Part shown: piece after piece, positions 1 to 9,177 of the stretch
Layout of the letters: the number at the start of each line of letters is the position of its first letter
How positions within the stretch are numbered: position 1 is the stretch's first letter
DNA from: Bacteroidales bacterium
Lineage (GTDB): Bacteria; Bacteroidota; Bacteroidia; Bacteroidales; Muribaculaceae
DNA length: 64,000 nt
Assembly (NCBI GenBank): GCA_044433325.1
Contig: JAWXTT010000001.1
Span: 1,470-65,469, forward strand
Direction of reading: 5' to 3'
The notes under the pieces: model-generated
What the model saw: the letters and a program-made list of their open reading frames with translations, nothing else
Database searches by the model: none
Told to the model about the DNA's origin: nothing
Translations under genes and position numbers: made by a program

Positions 1-1170
1 TATTTAGTACTATTCTTTAGTTCAGATTTCATTTCAATATATTTTGAAAAACCTCAACTATCTATTCTTCTACAAGTTATAGGGATAATTGTTATATCTG
101 ACGCTTTTACGACAGTCCAAAACAATATTCTTATAAAAACCCTTAATTTCAAGAGAATAGCAAATATAAAGATTATTGTAGCTGTAATATCATCAATTGC
201 TAGTATTATAGCCGCATTTAATGGTTTAGGTATATGGTCATTAGTTATCCTATATTCCCTAAATAGTATAATCAAAACAATACTAATGTGGGTCTTATCT
301 GATTGGAAACCATCACTTATATTTTCTAAGGAATCTTTTCATAAACTATTTGGCTTTGGCTCTAAACTACTATTAGCATCACTACTAAGTGAAGGGTATA
401 GAGGTTTACAATCTATTATAATTGGCAGACACCTTTCAGTGAGAGAGTTAGGTTTCTTTACCCAAGCAAGACAACTAGAGAATGTTCCAGTCTCATCAAT
501 TATAGCGGTTGTTAATCAAGTAACATTCCCTATTTTTGCCCAACTTCAAGAAACTAAAGAGCAATTAAACAGCGCGTTAAAGAGATGTTTCCAACTTCTA
601 GGATTCATCAACTTCCCCGCAATGATACTATTATCAATAGTGGCAAAACCTCTATTTATGTTTCTATATGGAGAAGCATGGTTGGAGTCAGCCCCCTATT
701 TTCAAGGTTTATGCTTAGGATTTGGATTGCTATTAGTTATCCACAATACTAATCTTAGCATATTAAAAGCAGCTGGGAAAAGTGGAATAGTACTGAAGCT
801 AGAGATTATTAAAAAATTCATTGGCGTTATATTAATATTCTTGTTAATTCATTTAGGAGTAATGGGTTTAATAATAGCATTGGCAATAAACTCATTTATT
901 GAATTTTTCATTAATGGATACTGTACAGGCAAAGAAACAGGATTTGGCATAAAGGAACAAATAAAGGTACTTTTACCCATTTTTCTACACGCAACAATAA
1001 TTGGCGCAATAGTTTATTTCATTCCATCGGTAATAGATTTAAGTAATACACTAATACTACTAGTTCAAATAATAGCATATATAACTCTATATCTTATAGG
1101 TGCATATCTTGTAAAGATGCAGATATTCAACTATATAATAAATGAAGTTAGGGAGAAGATAAAACGATGA
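1..1170 (+). CDS. wzx: Polysaccharide flippase (MOP/Wzx family), 5' end outside the window
   Basis: Frame 1 has no stop from base 1 to the listed ORF start at 286 (YLVLFFSSDF...NSIIKTILMWVLSDW), so the gene enters from upstream. It is a multi-pass hydrophobic protein at the head of a glycan locus. Its stop overlaps the next start (ATGA at 1167-1170). Confidence 0.65.
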   Translation, partial: YLVLFFSSDFISIYFEKPQLSILLQVIGIIVISDAFTTVQNNILIKTLNFKRIANIKIIVAVISSIASIIAAFNGLGIWSLVILYSLNSIIKTILMWVLSDWKPSLIFSKESFHKLFGFGSKLLLASLLSEGYRGLQSIIIGRHLSVRELGFFTQARQLENVPVSSIIAVVNQVTFPIFAQLQETKEQLNSALKRCFQLLGFINFPAMILLSIVAKPLFMFLYGEAWLESAPYFQGLCLGFGLLLVIHNTNLSILKAAGKSGIVLKLEIIKKFIGVILIFLLIHLGVMGLIIALAINSFIEFFINGYCTGKETGFGIKEQIKVLLPIFLHATIIGAIVYFIPSVIDLSNTLILLVQIIAYITLYLIGAYLVKMQIFNYIINEVREKIKR

Positions 1171-2390
1171 AACGACTTATACGAAAAATATTTAGACCAC
1201 CATACGCATATCTTAGATACCTCTTACACAGATATTTTCTCAAAGGATATTTTAAGCCATATTACCTATATGACACACTTACCTTAGAGGAAATCTCATC
1301 AGATAAGATGTCATACTTCGGCTATTATAATGTTTCTCCTGAAAATAATAATGGGGCGGTTTTATTTGGCACACTTTCAGGTGAGGAGAAATCACTAGAG
1401 CTATATTCATCACTAAAAGATGATAATAATATACATATTGGGACTACACAGGCATTTAATATGCAGCAAGGATGCATGTTGCAATGGGGATATACTAATA
1501 AGAATATCTGCTATTATAATATATATAATAGTAAAACTACGAGATATGAATCAGTTGCTTATAACACTGATAAGAAAGCCATTATAGATAACTTTACGCA
1601 ACCTATATACTCACTATCTAAACAGGAGGATTACTTCTTAACTCTTGATTTTGAGAGATTGACTATTATGCGTCCTGATTATGGATACTTCTGTAATTCC
1701 AAGGATGATATAAAGCTACTCCCTTACGATTGTGATGGAATCTGGAGATATGATATTAAAAGCAAGCAGACCAAACTAATTATTAGTTTAGCCCAATTAA
1801 TCGACCTAAAATATGTTGACACAATGCAAGGGGCTACGCATAAAGTAAATCATATTGACATCTCACCTAATGGAAAGCGATTTATGTTTCTTCATAGATG
1901 GGTCGGAGAAAAGGGTCGATTTATGCGCCTGATAACAGCCCAAAATGATGGAACAGATATATATATATTAAATGGTGATATAATGACTTCACACTCATAT
2001 TGGAAGGATGATAACAAGATTATATCATTCTGTTACACCCCTGAATTTGGTGAAGCATATACTATATTTGAAGATAAAACGACTAAAATATCTAAGTTAT
2101 CTGACAAGCTACCTAAAACTGATGGACACCCCTCAGTAACTACTGATTGCAAATGGTTAGTAACAGACAGATACCCAAGAAGAAGCAGATTCTCTAGTTT
2201 ATATCTATATAATATAGAAACGGATAACCTATATAAATTAGGTGAATTCTACCAACCATTAAAATATGATGGAGAGAGGCGAATAGATCTTCATCCAAAA
2301 CTTAATATGAGTGGAGATAAAGTGTATTTTGAATCAGGTCATACAGGTAAGAGAAGGCTTTATTCTATTAATTTTTCTAAACTAAAATAG
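1167..2390 (+). CDS. Hypothetical protein of the glycan locus, possibly beta-propeller (TolB-like) fold; function unknown
   Basis: 407-aa ORF translationally coupled to the flippase. C-terminal segments such as DGHPSVTTDCKWLVTD and DLHPKLNMSGDKVYFESG resemble propeller blades. I recognise no catalytic motif. Confidence 0.4.
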   Translation: MKRLIRKIFRPPYAYLRYLLHRYFLKGYFKPYYLYDTLTLEEISSDKMSYFGYYNVSPENNNGAVLFGTLSGEEKSLELYSSLKDDNNIHIGTTQAFNMQQGCMLQWGYTNKNICYYNIYNSKTTRYESVAYNTDKKAIIDNFTQPIYSLSKQEDYFLTLDFERLTIMRPDYGYFCNSKDDIKLLPYDCDGIWRYDIKSKQTKLIISLAQLIDLKYVDTMQGATHKVNHIDISPNGKRFMFLHRWVGEKGRFMRLITAQNDGTDIYILNGDIMTSHSYWKDDNKIISFCYTPEFGEAYTIFEDKTTKISKLSDKLPKTDGHPSVTTDCKWLVTDRYPRRSRFSSLYLYNIETDNLYKLGEFYQPLKYDGERRIDLHPKLNMSGDKVYFESGHTGKRRLYSINFSKLK

Positions 2391-2393
2391 AGT

Positions 2394-3476
2394 ATGAAAG
2401 ATAATATTTTATTAATAAGCAGACCACACTTCGGCACATCAATAGGACCATATAAATGGACTCAATATTTACGCAAGAAGTATAATGTAACAACCATTAC
2501 TTATAACACTGAAACAGAAAATCCTACGAAATATAATTTTGATGATGTAAAGCATATATACATATCCAAGAGGGGTAATAAAATAGTTAGAGCACTTAGA
2601 TTTATCCTTTACACCATATTTTACATAGCCTTTTTTAAAGGGAGAGTAATAGTAACATTCTTTCCAGGATGCTCCATATATAAACGTATTTTATTTAGAA
2701 AACCGATGATATTAGATATTCGCACACTAGGGATATTTGATAGTGAAGATAAAAACATTAAACATGATAAGTCGGTAGCTGAATCGACTAAACTATATGA
2801 CCATACAATTTTCCTATCAGAGGGGATGCGCAATAAGATAACAGATGACACTGTAAACACTAGCATAGTCCCTTTAGGAGCAGATATATTGGATGAAACA
2901 GATAAACTGTTTGATGATTCATTAAGATTACTATATATAGGAAGATTCTATAACAGAGATATTCATAAAACCATTGAAGGGGTACATCTATTCCATACTA
3001 AATATCCTGAAGTTAAAATATCGTATGATATAATAGGATTCGCTATGTACAATGAAGATGAGTACCTTTATGAATTAGTCAATAAATATAATCTATCTGA
3101 AATAATCAATTTTAGAGGTGCAATCCACGAAGAATCTACAAAATTAAAATATATACAAAATGCCAATATCGGAGTATCCTTTGTCCCTATAACTCCATAT
3201 TATGATTTTCAACCTGTAACTAAAAGTTTTGAATATATATTATCAGGACTGTTTTGTATAGCAACAGATACATACTCAAATAGAGAGATTATTACTTCTA
3301 AAAATGGAATATTAATTAATGATACACCTGAGAGTTTTTCGGATGCACTAGAATATTTTATGACTAATAAAGATAGTTTAAACTCAACAATTATACGAGA
3401 TAGCTTACAGGAATATAACTGGGAGTCAATAGTTAATGATATTCTAATTCCTAGAATAGAGAATACAGATAAGTAG
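2394..3476 (+). CDS. Glycosyltransferase (GT-B, GT4-like), tentative
   Basis: 360-aa ORF packed tightly in the glycan locus. Size and C-terminal half are consistent with GT-B enzymes, but the motif match is weak. Confidence 0.5.
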   Translation: MKDNILLISRPHFGTSIGPYKWTQYLRKKYNVTTITYNTETENPTKYNFDDVKHIYISKRGNKIVRALRFILYTIFYIAFFKGRVIVTFFPGCSIYKRILFRKPMILDIRTLGIFDSEDKNIKHDKSVAESTKLYDHTIFLSEGMRNKITDDTVNTSIVPLGADILDETDKLFDDSLRLLYIGRFYNRDIHKTIEGVHLFHTKYPEVKISYDIIGFAMYNEDEYLYELVNKYNLSEIINFRGAIHEESTKLKYIQNANIGVSFVPITPYYDFQPVTKSFEYILSGLFCIATDTYSNREIITSKNGILINDTPESFSDALEYFMTNKDSLNSTIIRDSLQEYNWESIVNDILIPRIENTDK

Positions 3477-3614
3477 TGCTATTTCAGCAATATTCAACTA
3501 ATATTGTGAGGCTTTATAACATAATCTATCCTAAATGTTAACCGAGAGTTTTTAGACCTCTCCTTTGAATATTTGAGTAAAAAAATATATCTTTGTATGA
3601 TATTATAATTAGCT

Positions 3615-4895
3615 ATGAATCCAGCAATAGAGAAATATAAATTTTATTACTACATATTCATCACCTGCCTAACCATTCAATGCTATTGGGGCTTTATGCA
3701 GGAGGAGATACTCCCATTTATTGAGAGTATTAAATCCTACCTATTTCTACTTTCAGATATGGGTTTCTTGATGTTAGGGGTAGCGACGCTACGCAAACGT
3801 AGTGATAAAATTATGATTATATCATTTGTACTACTAATGATAGCATCAAAATATATTAATAATATTCCTATATCCTCTTCAATTAATGGATCTAGGGATT
3901 TCTGGTCACTAATATTTATTGTCCCATTTATACGCTATTATCTTGTTGATGAGGAGCGACGTAACTTCTTCATCAGTAAGTTAGATAAATTTATACTAAT
4001 ATTCTTAATAGTCCAGATACCAGTTGCCACATACCAATGCCTATTATATGGACCACATGACCGTGTTGGTGGAACTATGGGTGATGGATATTCAGGTATA
4101 TTATCAACTCTATTATATCTACTAACATTCTATCTATTACAAAAAAAGATAGCAGGACGTAATACACTTATAGCACTATCAGAAAATTGGTACTATTTTT
4201 TGTTTCTTATTCCATCTATGTTGAATGAGACTAAAGCATCGTTTATATTTCTGATATTAATGATTATTTCATTCTTAAAGATGGATCGCAGAATAGTATT
4301 GCGTGTTGTCATAGCTACACCCATAATAATTCTTATTGTACTTCCCATTATTACTACAGTATATTTTAGTGTAACAAATACAACAGACAATATCTTTTCA
4401 CTCGAATATTACACTGAAATGTATCTGCTTAATGATGAATCCGTTGCATGGGCACTGAGTGATGACGTTGACGCTGAGGGACAAGATATCCCTAGATTCA
4501 CTAAAGTAGTAGCTGGATGGGAGATTTTAGATGAAGATAATGCCTTTCTTTTAGGTAAGGGTGTTGGTTTATTCAAAGGTAAAACAATGGGTATAGTACC
4601 ACAAATACCATTTGCAGTAGAATATGAATGGTTATTAAGGGGGTCAGTAATAATGTTCTTTGCATTGATAATGCAGTTGGGATTTTTAGGCATAGCATGG
4701 TATATTGCACACTTTATAGTGAACTCCCCTAATATGCGCAAATTTGAGGATATAAATATTAATCTATACTTCTTCCTATTTGCAGTATTCCTATTTTTAA
4801 TGGTATATAATAATTCATTATTTTTACCCTGTTTTGCAGTATTCTTCCTTTATTTGCTATTAATATCTAACTACCCAGTTACAAAAACAGAGTAA
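3615..4895 (+). CDS. O-antigen/capsule polymerase-like membrane protein (Wzy-like)
   Basis: 426 aa with about 10 or more hydrophobic segments and one larger hydrophilic loop (LNDESVAWALSDDVDAEGQDIPRF). Sits in a Wzx-containing locus. Confidence 0.55.
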   Translation: MNPAIEKYKFYYYIFITCLTIQCYWGFMQEEILPFIESIKSYLFLLSDMGFLMLGVATLRKRSDKIMIISFVLLMIASKYINNIPISSSINGSRDFWSLIFIVPFIRYYLVDEERRNFFISKLDKFILIFLIVQIPVATYQCLLYGPHDRVGGTMGDGYSGILSTLLYLLTFYLLQKKIAGRNTLIALSENWYYFLFLIPSMLNETKASFIFLILMIISFLKMDRRIVLRVVIATPIIILIVLPIITTVYFSVTNTTDNIFSLEYYTEMYLLNDESVAWALSDDVDAEGQDIPRFTKVVAGWEILDEDNAFLLGKGVGLFKGKTMGIVPQIPFAVEYEWLLRGSVIMFFALIMQLGFLGIAWYIAHFIVNSPNMRKFEDININLYFFLFAVFLFLMVYNNSLFLPCFAVFFLYLLLISNYPVTKTE

Positions 4896-4942
4896 AGGAG
4901 AAATCTACATATACAGTTACTAAATAAAATATATAAAACAAG

Positions 4943-5503
4943 ATGAGTAATATAAGACCGAAGATAAAACAATTCCTAATCTCAGGAAGCTTTAAAACCC
5001 CTACTAATTATCTAAAAAGCAAAGGGGTTAAGATTGGTACAGGGTGTGCTATTGCACCATGTCATTTATCGGCTAAGGAGGGTTACTTGATAGAGATAGG
5101 TAACTATTGTCGTATCGCTAAAGATTGTGAATTTTTTACTCATGGCGGAATTTTTTCATTACAGATATTGAAGAATGATCCTAAGTTAGATTATTTCGGC
5201 AAGATTAAGATAGGTAATTATGTTTCGATTGGTGAAGGGTCTAAAATAATGGCAGGAGTAACTATCGGTGACAACGTTATTATTGGTGCAGGCTCAGTAG
5301 TTACTAAGAGTGTACCAGCAGGATATATGGTTGCTGGTAATCCTATTAAATGTATTGGCTACACTGAAGAGTGGTATAACACTCTTAAAGAGAAGTATGA
5401 TTTGGAATCTGGTCAAATGTCTGACTCAGAGAAGAAGGCTTTCCTGAAATCACTTCCAAATGATAGATTTGTACAAAAACCTAATGTAAAACCTAAAGAG
5501 TAA
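4943..5503 (+). CDS. Hexapeptide-repeat (LbH) acetyltransferase
   Basis: Left-handed beta-helix repeats are visible: IGNYVSIGEGSKIMAGVTIGDNVIIGAGSVVTKSV. Confidence 0.7.
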   Translation: MSNIRPKIKQFLISGSFKTPTNYLKSKGVKIGTGCAIAPCHLSAKEGYLIEIGNYCRIAKDCEFFTHGGIFSLQILKNDPKLDYFGKIKIGNYVSIGEGSKIMAGVTIGDNVIIGAGSVVTKSVPAGYMVAGNPIKCIGYTEEWYNTLKEKYDLESGQMSDSEKKAFLKSLPNDRFVQKPNVKPKE

Positions 5504-5536
5504 TATTAAAGGGGGAGTTCTAAACTAATAATTAAT

Positions 5537-6715
5537 ATGCGCATACTGTTATCAAATAAATTCTATTATCGTCGTGGTGGGGACTGCGTATGCACTATTA
5601 ATTTAGAGGAATTACTAAAGGAGCATGGTCACGAGGTAGCGATATTCTCGATGCAACATCCTGAGAATTTACCATCTAATTACTCTAAATATTTCCCATC
5701 AGAGGTTAGATTTAAATCCATTGGGGGGATATATAAAACCTTTACACGTCCATTTGGGAGCAAAGATGTCATCCAACGTTTCCAAGAACTTATTAATGAC
5801 TTTAAACCAGATATTATTCATCTACATAATATCCATACACAGCTATCCCCTATCATAGGTGAAGTTGCAGCAAAGAATGGTATTAAGGTAATATGGACAC
5901 TACATGACTATAAGCTGATATGCCCACGCTATGACTGCTTACGTAATGGAGAAGTGATATGTGAGGAGTGCTTCACAGATAAAAGCAAGGTACTTAAATA
6001 TAACTGTATGAAAAACTCTAAGATAGCTAGTAAGATAGCATATCGCGAAGCAATAACATGGAGCCGTGAACGACTTGAGGGTTTTACAACACATTTTATC
6101 GCTCCTAGCCAGTTTATGGCAGATAAGATGATACAAGCAGGTTTCTCGAAATCTAAGATAAATACTCTTTGTAACTTTATAGATATCGATAAAACCTTTA
6201 GAGAGGAATACGATAAGGGGGATTACTACTGTTTCATAGGTCGTCTTTCTCATGAAAAAGGGGTTAAAACATTGATTGAAGCGGCTAATCAACTACCATA
6301 CAAGCTAAAAGTAATAGGTGGTGGTGAGTTAATGGATGAGCTACGTGGGATTGCAAAAGCAAATATAGAGTTCGTTGGTTTCAAACAGTGGGACGAGATA
6401 AAAGAGATTGTAGGTAAAGCACGCTTTAGTGTAATTCCATCAGAGTGGTATGAAAATAACCCACTATCAGTTATTGAAGCTCAATGCTTAGGAACACCTG
6501 TACTAGGTGCTAAAATTGGAGGAATACCTGAACTTATTGAGAATAATATTAGCGGAATGATATTTGAAAGCCGCAACACAATAGATTTAAAACATGGTAT
6601 AGAAGCTATGTTTAAACAGAATTTTGATTATAGTGAATTAGCTAAAAACTCACAACATAGATATTCAGCATTAAATCACTATAATAATCTAATGAAGATA
6701 TACAATGAAGAGTAA
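5537..6715 (+). CDS. Glycosyltransferase family 4
   Basis: GRLSHEKGVKTLIEA, then an EX7E-type motif: EWYENNPLSVIEAQCLGTPVLGAKIGGIPELI. Confidence 0.8.
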   Translation: MRILLSNKFYYRRGGDCVCTINLEELLKEHGHEVAIFSMQHPENLPSNYSKYFPSEVRFKSIGGIYKTFTRPFGSKDVIQRFQELINDFKPDIIHLHNIHTQLSPIIGEVAAKNGIKVIWTLHDYKLICPRYDCLRNGEVICEECFTDKSKVLKYNCMKNSKIASKIAYREAITWSRERLEGFTTHFIAPSQFMADKMIQAGFSKSKINTLCNFIDIDKTFREEYDKGDYYCFIGRLSHEKGVKTLIEAANQLPYKLKVIGGGELMDELRGIAKANIEFVGFKQWDEIKEIVGKARFSVIPSEWYENNPLSVIEAQCLGTPVLGAKIGGIPELIENNISGMIFESRNTIDLKHGIEAMFKQNFDYSELAKNSQHRYSALNHYNNLMKIYNEE

Positions 6716-7790
6716 TATACCATCCCCAACAGATGCTAGTATTATACTAACATATCGCTGCCCTATGCGTTGTAAGATGTGTAATGTGTGGCAATTCCCT
6801 ACGGAGAAAAGTGCGGAGATTTCTGCCAAAGATTTAGAAACTCTACCTAAACTAAAGTTCATTAACTTAACAGGAGGAGAGCCATTTATCCGTGAGGATT
6901 TGGCTGATATTGTTGAAGAGTGCTACAAACACACTGAGCGTATTGTAATATCTACATCGGGTTGGTTTGAGGATAGAGTTATTGAGCTTGCTAAACGATT
7001 CCCTAATATAGGTATTCGCATATCTATCGAGGGGTTAAGCTGCAAGAATGATGAACTGCGTGGTCAAACAGGAGGCTTTGACAAGGGGTTACGCACCCTA
7101 TTAACACTAAAGAAGATGGGTTTAAAGGATATAGGTTTCGGTTGCACGGTTTCAAACAGCAACTCTAAGGATATGTTATCGTTATACCAACTAAGCCAAT
7201 CGCTAGGGATGGAGTTTGCGACAGCAGCTTTCCACAATTCATACTATTTCCATAAGAATGATAATGTAATCAGCAATAAGAGTGAGGTTACTCAAGATTT
7301 TGAGCAACTAATAGATTGGCAACTAAAGGAGAACTCACCTAAGAGCTGGTTCCGTGCATGGTTTAATATGGGATTAATCAACTATATCGAGGGGGGACGA
7401 CGTATGCTACCTTGTGAGGCTGGTTCTGCTAATTTCTTTATAGACCCATTTGGTGAAGTCTATCCATGTAACGGGTTGGAGGATAAATATTGGCAAAAGT
7501 CTATGGGCAATATTCATACAACACCTAACTTTATGGAGATTTGGGAGAGTGAACAAGCGCAAGAGGTGCGCGCCATGGTTCGCAAATGCCCTAAGAACTG
7601 TTGGATGGTAGGCACAGCTAGTCCAGTAATGCACAAATATATCAAATTTCCACTTAAATGGTCTATCCAGAATAAGCTACGTAGCATGCAGGGTAAATCA
7701 GCTTGCCTAGATAAAAAGTGGTGTGATGTTGGTCAAGACCCTACACAAGGAGATTTAAGGGAAGTTATAAAAACTGACCCTGGAAAATAA
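6705..7790 (+). CDS. Radical SAM enzyme with a twitch/SPASM-like C-terminal Cys motif, embedded in the glycan locus
   Basis: CxxxCxxC at YRCPMRCKMCNVW. C-terminal Cx12Gx4C (CEAGSANFFIDPFGEVYPC) followed by CPKNC. Overlaps the upstream GT gene by 11 nt. Confidence 0.8.
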   Translation: MKSNIPSPTDASIILTYRCPMRCKMCNVWQFPTEKSAEISAKDLETLPKLKFINLTGGEPFIREDLADIVEECYKHTERIVISTSGWFEDRVIELAKRFPNIGIRISIEGLSCKNDELRGQTGGFDKGLRTLLTLKKMGLKDIGFGCTVSNSNSKDMLSLYQLSQSLGMEFATAAFHNSYYFHKNDNVISNKSEVTQDFEQLIDWQLKENSPKSWFRAWFNMGLINYIEGGRRMLPCEAGSANFFIDPFGEVYPCNGLEDKYWQKSMGNIHTTPNFMEIWESEQAQEVRAMVRKCPKNCWMVGTASPVMHKYIKFPLKWSIQNKLRSMQGKSACLDKKWCDVGQDPTQGDLREVIKTDPGK

Positions 7791-7834
7791 CAACAAATTA
7801 CAAATTGGAGAATTTTTAAACAACCTAAAGTTAT

Positions 7835-8926
7835 ATGAAGATAGTTGTTACAGGTACACGCGGCATCCCCAATATTATGGGGGGAGTAGAAACTCACTGT
7901 GAGGAGCTATTCCCTCGCATTGCTAGTTCAGGTAAATACGATGTAACAGTTATTAGACGTACTAGTTATGCAAATGATAATCTTACATCTTATAAAGGTG
8001 TAAATCTTGTTGATATCAATACTCCAAGACAAAAATCATTTGAGGCAATTATACATACCTTTCGCGGTGTAGTCCGTGCTAAAAGATTAAAAGCTGATAT
8101 CGTGCATCTTCACGCCGTTGGTCCATCTATTGTAACTCCCATCGCTCGTTTATTAGGATTAAAGGTGGTATTTACACATCATGGGTTTGATTATGACAGA
8201 GATAAATGGGGTTTTGTAGCTAAATCAATAATAAAACTAGGGGAACGTTTCAGCGTTAAGTATGCTACTGAAGTAATAGTTATATCTGATGTTATCAAGA
8301 GTCATATTGAGAAGAAATATAACCGTACTGATAGCACATTAATATATAATGGTGGCTCTGATACCAATAAATGTGAAACTCCTGAATATTTTAAGGAGCT
8401 AGGTATTGAAAAGGGTAAATATATATTAGCTATGTGCCGCTTTGTTCCTGAGAAAAATTTACACCATTTGGTCGAGGCTTTTAGTCGCTTAAATCGCACT
8501 GATTGTAAATTAGTAATTGCAGGTGATTCAGACTTTGAGGATGAATACTCTACCAATCTAAAACAGTTAGCTAAAGATAATGGTGCAATATTAACAGGAT
8601 TCGTTCGTGGTGATAAACGTGATTCGCTACTTACCAATGCACGCTGTTTTGTACTTCCATCCTCACATGAGGGGTTGCCAATAGCTCTTTTGGAGGCTAT
8701 GAATTATGATTTACCTGTTATCGTAAGTGATATCCCTGCTAATTTAGAGGTGGGTTTAGAGCAATCTGTTTACTTTCAAATGGGAAATATTGATGAGCTT
8801 ACTAAAAAATTAGATATTGAGCTAAATCGAGATTTCAAAAACATCAAATATGATATGAGCAAATACAATTGGGATACAATTGCAGCACAAACAATGAATG
8901 TTTATTCAAAAATATTGAAAAAATAA
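7835..8926 (+). CDS. Glycosyltransferase family 4 (DUF1972-type N-terminus)
   Basis: N-terminus MKIVVTGTRGIPNIMGGVETHCEEL is typical of DUF1972 GTs. C-terminal part has CRFVPEKNLHHLVEAF and SSHEGLPIALLEAMNYDLPVIVSD. Confidence 0.8.
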   Translation: MKIVVTGTRGIPNIMGGVETHCEELFPRIASSGKYDVTVIRRTSYANDNLTSYKGVNLVDINTPRQKSFEAIIHTFRGVVRAKRLKADIVHLHAVGPSIVTPIARLLGLKVVFTHHGFDYDRDKWGFVAKSIIKLGERFSVKYATEVIVISDVIKSHIEKKYNRTDSTLIYNGGSDTNKCETPEYFKELGIEKGKYILAMCRFVPEKNLHHLVEAFSRLNRTDCKLVIAGDSDFEDEYSTNLKQLAKDNGAILTGFVRGDKRDSLLTNARCFVLPSSHEGLPIALLEAMNYDLPVIVSDIPANLEVGLEQSVYFQMGNIDELTKKLDIELNRDFKNIKYDMSKYNWDTIAAQTMNVYSKILKK

Positions 8927-8964
8927 ATTTATATCGAATTTTATTGTAATTATATACAAATAAA

Positions 8965-8996
8965 TTTGGTAGATAAAAATCTTAGCTTTATATTTG
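8965..8996 (+). promoter_or_regulatory. Bacteroides-type promoter of the trp operon
   Basis: TTTG at 8965-8968, a 20-nt spacer, then TATATTTG at 8989-8996 (TAnnTTTG). About 20 nt upstream of the leader peptide ATG. Confidence 0.6.
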
Positions 8997-9015
8997 TATC
9001 GTAAAAAAAGAGGAA

Positions 9016-9075
9016 ATGAATAACGTTAATATAAATATGAATTGGTGGCTATGCTTACAACTAAAATTGTCGTAA
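9016..9075 (+). CDS. trp operon leader peptide (19 aa, MNNVNINMNWWLCLQLKLS) with tandem Trp codons
   Basis: ATG at 9016, TGG TGG at 9043-9048, TAA at 9073-9075. Lies between the promoter and an intrinsic terminator directly upstream of trpB. Confidence 0.6.
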   Translation: MNNVNINMNWWLCLQLKLS

Positions 9076-9101
9076 GTACCTACTAACCATATCTAATTAT
9101 A

Positions 9102-9141
9102 AACGGTTTGTCGTACATACGGCAGACCGTTCCCATTTTTT
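9102..9141 (+). terminator. Attenuator terminator of the trp leader
   Basis: A 12-bp stem (9102-9113 AACGGTTTGTCG pairs with 9120-9131 CGGCAGACCGTT, 2 G-U pairs), a 6-nt loop, then CCCA and T6 at 9136-9141. Alternative pairing of 9067-9079 with 9113-9125 (12 pairs, one A-A mismatch) would sequester the 3' arm. Confidence 0.7.
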
Positions 9142-9177
9142 ATAAGAATGTAAGTAAATAATAAACCTAAAAATATA

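Noticed and set aside
54-275. 73-aa minus-strand ORF at the window start
   Set aside because: It is antisense to the flippase reading frame, which is open from base 1 on the plus strand.
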